The notes under the pieces: generated by a model
What the model was told of the DNA's origin: nothing
Databases searched by the model: none
The model's input: the letters and a program-made list of their open reading frames with translations, nothing else
In this document: piece by piece, positions 37,995 through 50,846 of the stretch
How the letters are laid out: each line of letters starts with the position of its first letter
How positions within the stretch are numbered: the stretch's first letter is position 1
Program-made: the position numbers and the translations under genes
Source of the DNA: Podarcis bocagei
Taxonomy: Eukaryota
DNA: 64,000 bases
Assembly: GCA_964188305.1 (NCBI GenBank)
Contig: OZ076886.1
Direction: 5' to 3' (one strand)

Positions 37995-40595
37995 TACGTT
38001 TAAAGCACTCTTTAACAGTCATGTCTTCCCCCAAAGAATCCTGGGAACTGTAGTTTGTTAAGGGTGCTGGGAACTGTATTTCTGTGAGGGGGGTCTCCTA
38101 CCAACTCTCAGCACCCTTTACAAACTAGAGTTCCAAAGATCCCAGTTTCTTTAGGAAAAGCTGTAACTGTCAAGGTGGTAGCAGAATGCTTCAAAAGTTC
38201 AGTGTGGATGCGACCCCAGACTTTTGTGGTTAGAAAAGTGATGGGGGGGGGAGAAATATGGGATGAACAAATCATTAAAGGGAAGACATACAAGTACCAT
38301 ACAAGCAAATCAGGATGAGTGTTCATTGTTGTATAAACTTCCCATAGACAAACCAGAATCAACGGTCAATAAGGACCAGATGTATGCTAACCTCTAGCAA
38401 GTCAGGATAAATGTTCAATTGAACAAGTTGTCCAGAAACCCTGTCACCAGTCGTGGGCTGTGGGCTTTGAAATTTCAGTGGCGCCCTGTGCAATGCCAAA
38501 ATTGGGTGTCCCACACCTCACACCTCTTGCCTTCCATTGTTTGTCATTGTTGCAGCACCCCCCTGGCTCAGTGCCCAGTGTGGGTAAACTGGTCGTGCTC
38601 CCCTAAATATACTTCTGTTGTCACACACTCACAAGACCACTTGATGTAGATATTATGAACATGCAAAACTTTGATTGTAGTACTACAGTAACCCTCTTGG
38701 GAACTGAATATGAGAAGAGAAGAGCCTGATTCTATTATTAAGCCCAAGGAAGATGCAAATCAGGAGTACTAGAAACCAGGACCCGGTTAGTTGCTAGAAG
38801 ACCAAAATGAAGAGTGGTGAAAAGAAAAGAAGAGGGACTAGGAAGCATATTGCCCTGGGGAAGTGAACAGGGTATAGGCAGCAGCAAATGGCAGAGGTTA
38901 CTCTGGGAGAATTTGAGGATGAGGCATCGCTTATTGCTCCTTATTCATTGTTCATTCCTTGTTCTTGCCTCCTTAGCAAAAAAGGGACCAGCTTCCATGA
39001 TGAGGATGCTCTTGGTAACATGCCTCCTTGTGGCACTACCTTGGTCTGTATCTACATCCCTTGGGCTGTGGTTCCAAACAGAACACGGGTGGCTCTTTGC
39101 CCTGCAGCCAAGCACACACAATCCCATTTGTTGTTTGCTGCCATATCAGCAAACATTTGTCCGTCCTCATCACCACTGAGGGTCAGAAAAAAGGCATTCC
39201 CAAGTTGTGGCCAGCTCATAAAGCACACTTCTAACTGACTTCTGCAGAAATAGGCTTAAACACACCTAACTTGGGGAGGTGGTGGAGATTAGGAGAGCCC
39301 AATGGATTGATTCCAAGTAAAAATATTAGGGAAGGGATAATTATCCCTTTGCACAGGATATTCCCCATATCCAGGTTTTGGTGGGTTGGCCGAGGCCTCT
39401 GACTCAGGCATATGCATCTTGCTGAGCTGCTTTTGGTGATTGATTAGTGCTGGCACTCCCCGGGGGGACAGTCACCGAGCTCCCCTCTCATTCCCTCTTT
39501 GTTCAGTAGATGTTCCCAGTCAGCAACAGATGGCCCTTGCTCCCCCTCCCTGACCAGAAATCGTCAAGCGCCATCCATCTTCCCCTGTGCCTGACAGAGC
39601 AGAGGACGGATGGGCTGGATGGGGAGAGCGGAAAGGCTGGCAGCCTGCGGTTGTTCACACTCCTCGTAAGTTTATTCTCCAAGGGGGTTGCACACGGCTG
39701 CCTCCTTTCAATGAGGGCTGATTGGGCCTAACAGCAACATTCACAACAAAGTGACCGGGCTCCCTGACCTTTCCTGAAGCAACGTCCCCTCACCCTGCAG
39801 GCACATCCTATGTTTTTGTTTGCATTGCTTTGGGATGCATTTAGCTGGTGGTCCTAAGAGCGGATGGAGTGCTAATGATTGAGGGCATCAGCAGAAGAGC
39901 AACGGAGCCCTTTTAATGCAGCAACGAAAATACGTAGGGCACAATCCCAGCTCGTGCGAGGGTGGCAGTGGGATCTCCATGGGTCACAGACTCTTGTTTT
40001 CTCCTCTTCCCCCATTTGGCATGTGGACACGGGCATGCATGTTCCCAGGCAACACAAAGGGCTGTCTGTTAAACAGCAAACTTTTTTGGGGGGGAGGGGG
40101 AATTTGTATCATGCTCTGAAGCTTGGGTAATTTGCCAATGAAGAGGGTGGCACAGACTTCCCATTCCCTAGACCAGCCTTTCTCAACCTTGAGTTCCTAG
40201 ACGTTGTTGGACTACCATTCCAATCATCCATAGCCATCAGCGGCAGCATTCAGGGATGATGGGAGTGGCAATCCAACAGCATCTAAGAACCCAAGGTTGC
40301 TGCCTTGGTATGATGTTGACACACGGCTCCTCATATGAGCATACCAAGTGCAGAGGAGAATGAGAAAGGAATCTGGAGGTTACTCAGCACAAAGACATTG
40401 GGTGGTATCCAAGTTTTACCCAGAGGAGACCCATTGCAATTAAAGATCATAACTAGTTAGGGTCATTAATTTCAGTGGCTCTACTCTGAGTAGAGCTTGA
40501 TGGAACACCACCCGTTGCACCCTCATTGAAGGAAAAATTGTGCTCCTAGTGTTAACATAGAATCGTTTCCTAAGTTCCAAGAACTCCACATAGAT

Positions 40596-40845
40596 CATGG
40601 GTAGGCAAATGAAGGCCCGGGGGCCAGATCTGGCCCAATCACCTTCTAAATCCAGCCCACGGACGGTCCGGGAATCAGCGTGTTTTTACATGAGTAGAAT
40701 GTGTGCTTTTATTTAAAATGCATCTCTGGGTTATTTGTGGGGCATAGGAATTCATTCATTTCCCCCCCAAAAAATATAGTCTGGCCCACCACATGGTCTG
40801 AGGGATGGTGGACCAACCCCTGCTGAAAAAGTTTGCTGACCCCTG
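40596..40845. mobile_element. hAT (Charlie-like) MITE
   Basis: CATGGGTAGGCAAA / TTTGCTGACCCCTG; 8-bp TSD ACATAGAT (40588-40595, 40846-40853); GGCCC subterminal motifs. Confidence 0.9.
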
Positions 40846-42223
40846 ACATAGATCATCTGAGGCTGCAATCCAAACCCCTGGAGGGCAGGAGGAGGGCTTG
40901 ATAGAGTGGAACAGCCAGCAGCACACCTGCAGCCCTGGTACTCAGGCCAGCCAAGGCAGAAGGTGAGGAGGTGACAGGGGAGAAAATGTCCTTTTGCTGT
41001 TCCCTCCCAGACTGGACGGAGCCTTGTAGGATCTGTGCAGCACTTTGGGCCACCTCCAGACTCTCTGTAGAAGAAACCCCATGGGGGGGATTACATCAGA
41101 ATGCTGTACTCATCTGCCACATATGGAATAAAACTGCTCTGAGAGCATCTGTCTCCTTCTCCCTCCATCCCTATAAAAAGCTGGTATCTCAGGTTTTATG
41201 GGTCACACTAGGGCAGCTTTCTTCCCATCTTTAACTTCTAAGTATTCAGTAGCTCTCTGCTTTGTGAGGCCCCGGAGATAACCTTCCAAGCAACAGTGGC
41301 TCTTTTTTATTTCAAACATAGGAACAGTGAAAGAACTATCTGCCCGCTGATGACAAATTATTCCAATCCGAACAAGAAATGGGGCAGTAAAGATCACAAT
41401 AGCCGTAAACCTAAAGAAGTCCCAGAAAGGGGGAGATAAGAATGTATTAAAAACCCTGCTTTCCAAGTCTCCTAAGTGCAGGAACGTGACTAATTGGTAC
41501 AAATTAGAGAAGCTCTGAAAAAGGATCCAAAGATTAATTGCAAAGCTATCATCGTTCTCTTATTTGTTCCAGTGGCCCAGCCATGCATGTTGCTAAGGAT
41601 ACATCACCCTTTGTAACAAAAGTTTATAATTCCCAAATTGGTGTGGCTTGATTCATCATTCTCACTTGTGGTTTATATAAAACTTTCTTTGCATTGATTT
41701 TGATACAGGCAAGATTAAGTGGCCCTTAGATTAAGACAGCGCAGCCCATAAACCAAACTATTTCAATTAAAATTGATTTAATCCTACTCACTTCAACTTT
41801 TTGTGTGTTGGGGAGGGGATGGTAAAATACTACTGACCGTAAAACTGAAGTGGAGAACCTGTGGACTGCAATTCCCATCCTCCTGAGTCCAACAGTATAC
41901 TTTAGATCACAGGTACCCTATCCTTGCTGCAAAATATTATTTAAGGTATCTTTAAACCACCCTTCCTCCGCAGGAGCTCAGGGTGATGTACAAGAAGCAT
42001 AAAGCAAAATACAACAAACATCAATAAAAACATTTACAAACAAAAAAAAATGGTTTGTTGTTGTTAACTGACTTTTGTGTTGGTCTATTTTGTTTTTCGA
42101 AAAGGAACTATTTTCATGTGCCTTCATTGTAGACCACTTTTATAAATAAATGCAATTGAAAATAAAGGCTTCATTGCGTTGGGTTGAGCTTTCTTGCAGG
42201 ACCATTTCCAAGACTATAGAATG

Positions 42224-42551
42224 CAGGGCCTAAGCTACAGAAGGTAATGGGGCCCTTTATATGTCCATCTGTCCTTTGTCAACAACAAATTGTCGCTATT
42301 TTTTGTGTTGAATATATGCTATATGGTAATTTATGAACCTAATAGGTATCTAAAGCCATTTGCACATAACTGTAGGAGCCTGTACAACACAAAACACTGT
42401 TGCTGTATGTAGGTTTCATTTTATTAGTTTTTTATCTTGTATTTTTGAAATGTACATCCAGGGTTTCTTTCCCTTTAATTTTTTTGGGCCCCCCAAGAAG
42501 AGTGGGGCCCTAAGCTATAGCTTGTTTAGCTTATACATAAATCCGGCACTG
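42224..42551. mobile_element. hAT-type MITE, left TIR partly lost
   Basis: CAGGGCC ... GGCACTG ends; 8-bp TSD ATAGAATG (42216-42223, 42552-42559). Confidence 0.82.
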
Positions 42552-43993
42552 ATAGAATGGAGATCTTTGTTGTTCTCTTAGGATATGTGCTGTCTCTGAA
42601 TCCTCCTGTCAGAGTGTTCTTCACCCTGTAGTGGCTGCATCTAGTTCAAGATAGATGGTGAGCAATGGGTGATGGAAGTGTTTTATGTCCCACTTTCCCC
42701 CTGATGCAAAGTTAACCACATTTAGAAATCCTGGGCACAGCTGATAAATAGAATGAGGGCAAGATTTCTCCTCAGCATAAGGCGCACACTAACTCTCAAA
42801 GAACTCTATTTCACACTGCTTCAGCTCCAGGGTCCACATTGAGACAGGGGCCCTACCCAAGCATAAGGAAGAAAGAGAAACCAGCTCTTGCAGGCCCACT
42901 TAGAGTTATATGCACAGATACATACATCACACATCCTGGTGACTGGGTCTGCAATAATTCCATGGACAGCTGATGTAAGAGAGTGAGAACTTTATTGGAG
43001 CCAGAGCAAGGTCTCACCTGGGCAGAATGGCCAACAAGGGAAAGTGATGCTGGACAAAAGCAACTATTTTGCCCCCAAAGGCTGTCTCAGAATTCCTTTG
43101 CAATTTTGCAAGGGAATGCCATCAAATTCCCAATGACCAACAACAGATATTCCTCATGATATGACTTTCTCTCTTTCTCTCTCTCCATGCTTTCATCAGG
43201 ATGGAGGGTTGGCACACCATAAATCCCTGTTACAAAGGCATTCAATCTGCTCACAGTTCTTCATCCAAGCTCTGGGCCGCCCGCTGACTTCACATGGATT
43301 TTTCCATCCAGCATGTACATTCTTTTGCAACACTCAACTCTGGTGTTTGCTGAAGTGCTGAAAAAGAAGCAGAGAGCTAAATCTGTCTGCTCTGGTTAAC
43401 CGCTTTTCTGTTCAACACACACTTAGAACCAAGAAGGCTGACAATATGAAAAATTTGAAATTGATACAATGAACACTAGTAGGATTGCTTTATTCATAAT
43501 TGGCAAAGCTTTTAATCCCATGCTCTCAGATATTTATTTTTTTAAGATGAATGCCCTTTCCTTTCATTTGTCATCTGCTGCATGTGGACGAGTTGCTTTG
43601 CTTCTACATGCATTCCTTATGTATGGATCTGTCCTGGGGGTGCCTTAATGTGAACAAAACAGTCATTTCCTATCACAGGGACACATTTTTCTATACACAA
43701 GAAGGAAAGCGAAGCTGGGGTGGAGGGATGAATTGATTTGTATGTGTGATGTGGACTGATGACTCTATATGCCAGCAAGGTTGCCACATATCCCTTATTG
43801 GGTAGGTGCTCTTATATCTGAGTTGTCCATTGTCCCAAAATATCACAGCCACATCAAAAATGGGTAACACTCCATATCCTCCCCCAGAATGCTGTGGCTG
43901 CACAGAGTTTAAGGTTACTTCCATACTAGAGTCCTTTGGCACTATGTTAGGGTCTTGCCTTTCTTCAATCCATGGGAAGTAGAATTAAAATAT

Positions 43994-44346
43994 GGATGCA
44001 GGTGGCTCTGTGGGTTAAACCACAGAGCCTAGGACTTGCCGGCAGTTCGAATCCCCATGACGGGGTGAGCTCCCGTTGCTCGGTCCCTGCTCCTGCCAAC
44101 CTCGCAGTTCGAAAGCACACCAGTGCAAGTAGATAAATAGGTACTGCTGTGGCGGGGAGGTAAATGGCGCTTCCGTGCGCTGCTCTGGTTCACCAGAAGC
44201 AGCTTGGTCATGCTGGCCACATGACCCAGAAGCTGTCTGTGGACAAGCACCGGCTCCATCGGCCTATAGAGCGAGATGAACGCCGCAACCCCAGAGTCGG
44301 TCACGACTGGACCTAATGGTCAGGGGTCCCTTTACGTTTACCTTTA
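43994..44346 (+). mobile_element. Sauria SINE, intermediate/mosaic subtype
   Basis: Full body; ~12-bp deletion just before the B box. Confidence 0.92.
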
Positions 44347-45024
44347 AGTTATCCAGCACTGACCTTCCCTTTGGCCAAGATACTTCAGTATTTACTCAGC
44401 TATAAGTCCCATTCAGCAAAGATCCAACATAAAATGAAAGTTTCTTGCTTGCAGGTTATGTCCCTTAATTACGTGCTATGTAAAACTGAAAAGAAAAGGA
44501 AATAATGGGAAGAAATAAGCTTCCCCCTTCCACAGAAAATTATTGCCATCAATATTTATTTCATTAATGAATTACTTCTCATGAGGAGCTCCAAAGCTCT
44601 TTACAGTCATATACAGTTTTTATGTGTGTCATTTATAATGACATATATAAAAACAGTTACAACAATTGCATGTATAAAACCAATTAAGAAAACAATTATC
44701 AATATAAAAACAGTTTAAAACAGCAACAATGCATACATAAAATCAATCCAGATCCAAGACAGATATCCCCAACTGGGATAGCAATGAGAATAAAGAACAA
44801 CTAAGAGAGGATATTCAAGGGGCAATGAACCAGGTTGTCATCAGTAATTCTGCTGCCAGGCTCAAAAGGGGGCAAACAAAAAAGAGGCCAGGACTTGTAA
44901 GCAGGAAATTTTTAATTAGAGGAGCAGGAGCCCTGAACAACCTAAATAGTATGTCGTCATACACATACATCTTCTTGTACTTCTTGCTGCTCTTGGCTTT
45001 TTGGCCCTGCTATTCATGGGTAAA

Positions 45025-45379
45025 GGGACATGGGTGGGGCTGTGGGTTAAACCACAGAGCCTAGGACTTGCTGATCAGAAGGTCAGTGGTTCGAATCCCC
45101 GCGACGGGGTGAGCTTCCATTGCTCGGTCCCTGCTCCTGCCAACCTAGCAGTTCGAAAGCATGCCAAAGTGCAAGTAGATAAATAGGTACTGCTCCAGCG
45201 GGAAAGTAAACGGCGTTTCTGTGCACTGCTCTGGTTCGCCAGAAGCGGCTTAGTCATGCTGGCCACATGACCCGGAAGCTGTACACCGGCTCCCTCAGCC
45301 AGTAAAGTAAGATGAGCGCTGCAACCCCAGAGTTGTCCGTGACTGGGCCTAACGGTCAGGGGTCCCTTTACCTTTACCT
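45025..45379 (+). mobile_element. Sauria SINE
   Basis: Perfect 12-bp TSD TATTCATGGGTA (45011-45022, 45380-45391). Confidence 0.95.
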
Positions 45380-46368
45380 TATTCATGGGTATGTCTACCA
45401 ATTTAGGATAACACTTCGTGCATCAGCCAAAGTGGATTCTAGCTTAGGGAACCACCCTTTTTCAACTGTTAAGGTGTGACAAGACTGTTGATTTTGCCGC
45501 AATGGAAAATAGGGCTTCTCTGAGAAATCAGATGCTGTTCCTGACTTAGGCTCCTTTAAATATAGTCGCATCAGACCTTTAAAGCACATGACACACACAT
45601 ATCCCTTGAACAGTAGTTAGGTAAAGGTGCTGGGAACTGGAGGTCTGCAGCTCCCGGTATTATTTTGGGGGAAGTCATGTGCCAGAAAATGTCTATTTTC
45701 TTACTACCTTTATTACTCTGTGTTGTGTTTGTGTGTATGTGTGTGTGTTTTGGAAAGCTAAATAAACTTGGTTAAAAGCCCAGATTCGACTTCGATATCC
45801 TTTGCTGGGTTGGCTGGCTGCCTTAGTACTTCTCACTGCTTCTTTGAACCGCTCATAAGTAGCCAGGGCCTATTTATCTACAAGTCCTGTAACATCATTT
45901 GTAAATGGCAGATCCCAACCGTAAATTGCTGTTTCCTCTTGCAGAACCAGTGGGGTTCTCTTTCTTTCTTCTTAAAACTCTCTCATCTTATCGAAGGGGT
46001 ACATTTGAGATTTATGGTCTGAAATGCCCCAATTTACAAAGGAAAGAGGAGTGGGCTTTCTGCTGCTGCCAGAACTCTAAAATTATGAGGAAATTTGCTG
46101 GCCAGAGACTTACTCTCTACTTCTCTCTTCATTTCCCAAGAATAATAAAGTATTTTTGTTCCGCCCTAACAGAAAATCAGGTAGAAATCCTAAGAAAACA
46201 TTGGTCAAATTTGTTCTTACTCCCGCTGTTGGTTCTCCTAGAAAAAAGAAGGAGGAGGAGGTGGTTCATGCGAAACGGAAAAATATACTTTTGCAAAGGG
46301 AAGAGGTCTTAATTCCAAGCTTTCAGAGGCTTATTATGAACAATGTGTATATACACTGGGGGCAAGGG

Positions 46369-46369
<1 letters not shown>

Positions 46370-46405
<36 letters not shown>

Positions 46406-46466
46406 TTTTTTAGATGACAACTGAAATGGCCCTTTCAGATTGAAGCTCTGAAGTACGGAAAATGAA

Positions 46467-46510
<44 letters not shown>
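46370..46510. repeat. Two (TG)n microsatellites (46370-46404, 46470-46510)
   Basis: Direct inspection. Confidence 0.95.
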
Positions 46511-46514
<4 letters not shown>

Positions 46515-47239
46515 ATATCAAAGCACAGTAGCCTGCAGAAGTTAAGAAGTTAATGGTGGAAGCAGGCATTAAACAGAAAGATCAAATGCATCAGATCATA
46601 GTCAAAAGGAGTAAAGTGATCCTGCACCTGAAAGTTGCAATAAACGTAAAGTGCTTATCTTCCGTTTCAGATGGATGATTAACTGCTTTTAAATTCTCCT
46701 ACCCCTTCTTGTGTGCCGGGCAAGAAAGGGGAATAAAAAAGTAATGGGAGCAAAATGTATCAGAGACTCTGACCAAACCAAAAGAGAAACTTCAGGCTCT
46801 GGAGCCAAGAAGACCTATTTATCTTTTTAGGCCAGGAAGGGGTGAAGGGTAGGAGTGGAGGAGAATGAAGATTTATGGAGGTATAAATAATTGTTGTAAC
46901 AGTATTTCTTTTCTGCACATGTAACAGAGCCTTACTGTAGCAATTCAAGAATTGTGTGGTCAGCTGGGAAGCAAAGATGTTTTGGCAGCATGTTCCGTTC
47001 CGCTCCAGCCCTAGGCCTCTTCTTGCATTTGAAATGGGTATGCCAACTTTTTGATCGGCCGCTGTAGCGGTGGCTTGAACAGCAGCTTGATCTGCACATC
47101 CTGGCAGATAGCAATGCATGTCTCCGTGCTGTGAAAAGCTTCACCTACTGACTTCAGCATCAAGCTGTTCTTAAAGGCACAAGAGCACACTGGGCCATTT
47201 CTTCCAAACAGTTGGAAAACACACTGAGACACATATAGG

Positions 47240-47634
47240 GTTGGTGCTGACCTTTAAAGCCCTAAACAGCCTCGGTCCAGTATATCTGAAGGGGCGTCTC
47301 CACCCCCATCATTCTACCCGGACACTGAGGTCCAGCGATAAGGGCCTTCTGGCGGTTCCCTCACTGCGAGAAGCAAAGCTACAGAGAACCAGGCAGAGGG
47401 CTGTGGAACGCCCTCCCACCAGATGTCAAAGAGAACAACAACCAGACTTTTAGAAGACATCTGAAGACAGCCCTGTTTAGGGAAACTTTTAATGCTTGAT
47501 GCGTTACTGTATTTTAATATTTTTTTGGAAGCTGCCCAGAGTGGCTGGGGAAGCCCAGCCAGATGGGTGGGGTATAAATAATTTTATTATTATTATTATT
47601 ATCATCATCATTATTATTATTACTACTACTACTA
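47240..47634 (+). mobile_element. L2 LINE 3' fragment
   Basis: Same family as 35238-35690 (VLTFKALNSLGPVYLK); TTA/TCA/CTA microsatellite tail. Confidence 0.9.
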
Positions 47635-48106
47635 CACAATGCTAGTTTTTGTCTATGGTGTGAAAGCCAGGCAATTCTGGAGCTCATTCTGCAGACTCAT
47701 TCTGGCTTCCAGGGAAGGGAACAAGAGGTGAATAACTGTAAGACATTGCTCTGCCCAACAGGGTTACATTCAGCAACAAACATCAAATTGACTAACTGCA
47801 TTGGGTCTGGAAAGGCCAAGATGGCAGTCCCATATTTCATTACAGGCATGATGTGTTGCAGGACAGATAATTGATATAGGTAATTGGCAGGAAAGAAATG
47901 CCATAAAAACCTGAGTGAGAAACAGATGGAGGAGAAATAGATATAAATCTGATTAGTGGGGAAATGTTATAGAGCGGGGCACATGGTAACAGAGGGCACA
48001 GTTCTTCTTTGTTGTCCTGAACCTATGGGCTTATTCCACACCTCGTGCAGCATTGCCTGCTCCTGTTAGAGGCCCTATCTAGTCCTATGTCCTAGAGCCA
48101 GTCCTA

Positions 48107-48351
48107 GAGCCAGTGTGGTGTAGTGGTTGAGAGCAGTAGACTCGTAATCTGAGGAACCGGGTTCGCGTTTCCGCTCCTCCACATGCAGCTGCTGGGTGAC
48201 CTTGGGCCAGTCACACTTCTTTGAAGTCTCTCAGCCCCACTCACCTCACAGAGTGTTTGTTGTGGGGGAGGAAGGGAAAGGAGAATGTTAGCCGCTTTGA
48301 GACTTCTTCGGGTAGTGATAACGTGGGATATCAAATCCAAACTCTTCTTCT
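48107..48351 (+). mobile_element. Squam3-type SINE, young, (CTT)n tail
   Basis: GAGCCAGTGTGGTGTAGTGG A box, GGTTCG B box; near-identical inverse copy at 54378-54635. Confidence 0.9.
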
Positions 48352-48603
48352 ATGAAGTTCAGAAACAATGGCCGGGCCTACACTTCACATTAAACCATAG
48401 TTAAAAGTAAACTGTGATTAGTTGCATTGCTTTCCAATCCCACAGTTCTATGTGAACATGCAGTATGCTAGCGCCCACTGCTTGAAAAGTTCTTGCTCCC
48501 TTCTACTGCTCTGCTGGTGCCCTTCATCCTGGAAAGTGCATGCCAGAATCAATTATATGCAAGGCCTTTCTTAAGCTTTCATAGCCTCGTGCTTTCTGTA
48601 CTA

Positions 48604-48876
48604 CAGTTGTACATTGGTTTTCAAATGTTATCAGTTCGGGGAGTCCGTTCGACACCTCGTTTATGCATGTTCAATATGTGCATGCATTGTGCCAAACCTG
48701 GACTTGTCCTGGAAACATCATAAAAACATCACTGAAACCTCACTAAAAGGGCAGAATGGAGACAGGGGTGGAACATGGTGTTTGCAAGCTTTTCCAATGG
48801 GTTTCAGTTATGTGCGATTTCACCAATGCACATGGTGCCTTGGAACGTAACCCCCATGTAAACTGAGGTCTGCCTG
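48604..48876. mobile_element. Tc1/mariner-like MITE with non-matching ends
   Basis: TA+CAGTTGTACATTGG left end, GAGGTCTGCCTG+TA right end. Confidence 0.5.
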
Positions 48877-49092
48877 TAGTTGCTGTTGTGAATAAGTGCC
48901 CTGGTTAAGCTGGAGGTTTGAGAATGTTATCATCAGATCGATGAAATAAAGCAGTGACTGGTCATGCAAGGTGATACATAATTAAGCTAGCTGTACACTT
49001 GATACAAAACAACCATTCAAGTCAGCACAACACTGCATGCCTGTGGTTTGAATGGGGAGCATGATTAGAGTTCATAAAATCAAAGTGATGTA

Positions 49093-49334
49093 CAGTGGTA
49101 CCTCAGGTTACAAACACTTCAGGTTACAAACGCTTCGAGTTACGAACTCTGCTAACCCGGAAGTAGTTGCTCCGGGTTGCAAACTTTGCCCCAGGATGAG
49201 AATGGAAATCGAGCACCGGCAGTGCAACAGCAGCAGGAGGCCCCATTAGCAAAAGTGCGTCTCAGGTTAAGAACTGTTTCAGTTTAAGAACGGACGTCTG
49301 GAACAAATTAAGTTCGTAACCCGAGGTACCACTG
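49093..49334 (+). mobile_element. Tc1/mariner MITE, divergent complete copy
   Basis: Both TIRs, TA flanks. Confidence 0.9.
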
Positions 49335-50349
49335 TATAACATTGATTCCAACTTATATTGAAAAAGAGCATATCTGATACCAGTGTTTAAGTGGGTTTTA
49401 AAAAAATACATATAGAAATAAAGGGATTCCTGATAGGCTACCCAGATTGTCAAGGGTCCACTGGAACGACTTTACCCATTTACATGTGCTGACATGCATA
49501 CAGCACACCAGGAAATATTTTTCCACAGGAAAGTTATTTTGCTTGAAGTTCAGATTGCCTCCCTTCTCTCTGATTGAGGTGCTCTGACTTTTATTCATTT
49601 ATGCAGATGATTTATATACCATCCTTTGCACAGGCCACAGGGGACGGCTTACAATAAAAACAAGTAGATAGGAATATGTAAAATCCATTAAAAACACAGT
49701 GCATTAAAAATGCACAACATCAAATCACTGAATGACAATTACTAACAGCAGAAGCGGCAATCGGGGGTCTCTCTTCCTCCACAAGCGCTCTCAAACAGAT
49801 GTGCCTCGACACTGACATTAATGCCATTGTAACATGTCAAAATGCAACACGTGTTCTTAGCTATCACTCTGTCTCCATACTGAGAAATGTCTGTTGTGGA
49901 AGTGTGAAAGCCACAGAGCCTCTGTACACACAAAAGAGCATGTAGAGTGAAATGTGCAGGGAGAGGGTTGGGATTACACCAACAACTGGCCTTCCCTTCC
50001 CTACATCTCCTCACCAGTATTTGTGAACAGATCTTATATTTATATGAATTATACACCAAGTAATGCAAAGAAGCCTATACGCATACAATTTTGTCTTGTG
50101 AATTGAGCTAAATTGAGCCAGTAGGCCTCTCATGCCATGTATGCTCATTGTAGATGGGGGAGGATAGAGTAGTCTCTGAATTTGGTGGTGAAGAACTTCT
50201 GTGGGTAACTTGTTGTCCACACTTCCTTTCTGATGTGGACTGACAGGATGATATCCGGCTACGATGCAAACCAAGGGCCTTACTCTGATGGACAATCCTC
50301 TTCTTCTAAAACAGCTCAGGACCGCAATACCCCAAGGACCACCTCTCTC

Positions 50350-50595
50350 CATATAAACCTACCTGGACCCTGAGATCACCCTCTGAGGCCCCATTTGTGG
50401 AATGCTCTCCCGGGAAGGGTCATCTGGTGCCTTCATTTAGGCGCCATGCAAAACCTTTCCTCTTTAACCAGGCCTTGGGTTGCTTGACATTTGATGCCCT
50501 TTTAAATGTGTTGTTGAAGGGGGGGTTATTGGTTTGTTTCTGTTCTTATTTTTATTATGTAGTTTGTGTTTTATATTGTAATATATTGTAATGTA
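50350..50595 (+). mobile_element. Old L2 3' fragment
   Basis: 'gtggaatgctctccc...tttaggcgcc..aaaacctttcctctttaaccaggcctt' L2-like 3' end; an opposite-strand L2 remnant lies at about 50855-51010. Confidence 0.6.
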
Positions 50596-50640
50596 AAACA
50601 CAATATATTGTTATATATATATATACTGTAATATACAATA

Positions 50641-50846
50641 CAGTGGTACCTCAGGTTACATACGCTTCAGGTTACATACGCTTCAGGTTACAGACTCCGC
50701 TTCAGGATGATAACAGAAATTGTGCTCCAGCGGCGCGGCAGCAGCAGGAGGCCCCTTTAGCTAAAGTGGTGCTTCAGGTTAAGAACAGTTTCAGGTTAAG
50801 AACGGACCTCCGGAATGAATTAAGTACTTAACCTGAGGTACCACTG
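50641..50846 (+). mobile_element. Tc1/mariner MITE with 36-bp internal deletion
   Basis: Both TIRs, TA flanks. Confidence 0.92.

Noticed and set aside
47011-47150. Possible minus-strand coding exon (GEAFHSTETCIAICQDVQIKLLFKPP...)
   Set aside because: No recognisable protein similarity, weak acceptor context and no partner exons; BLASTX or RNA-seq would be needed
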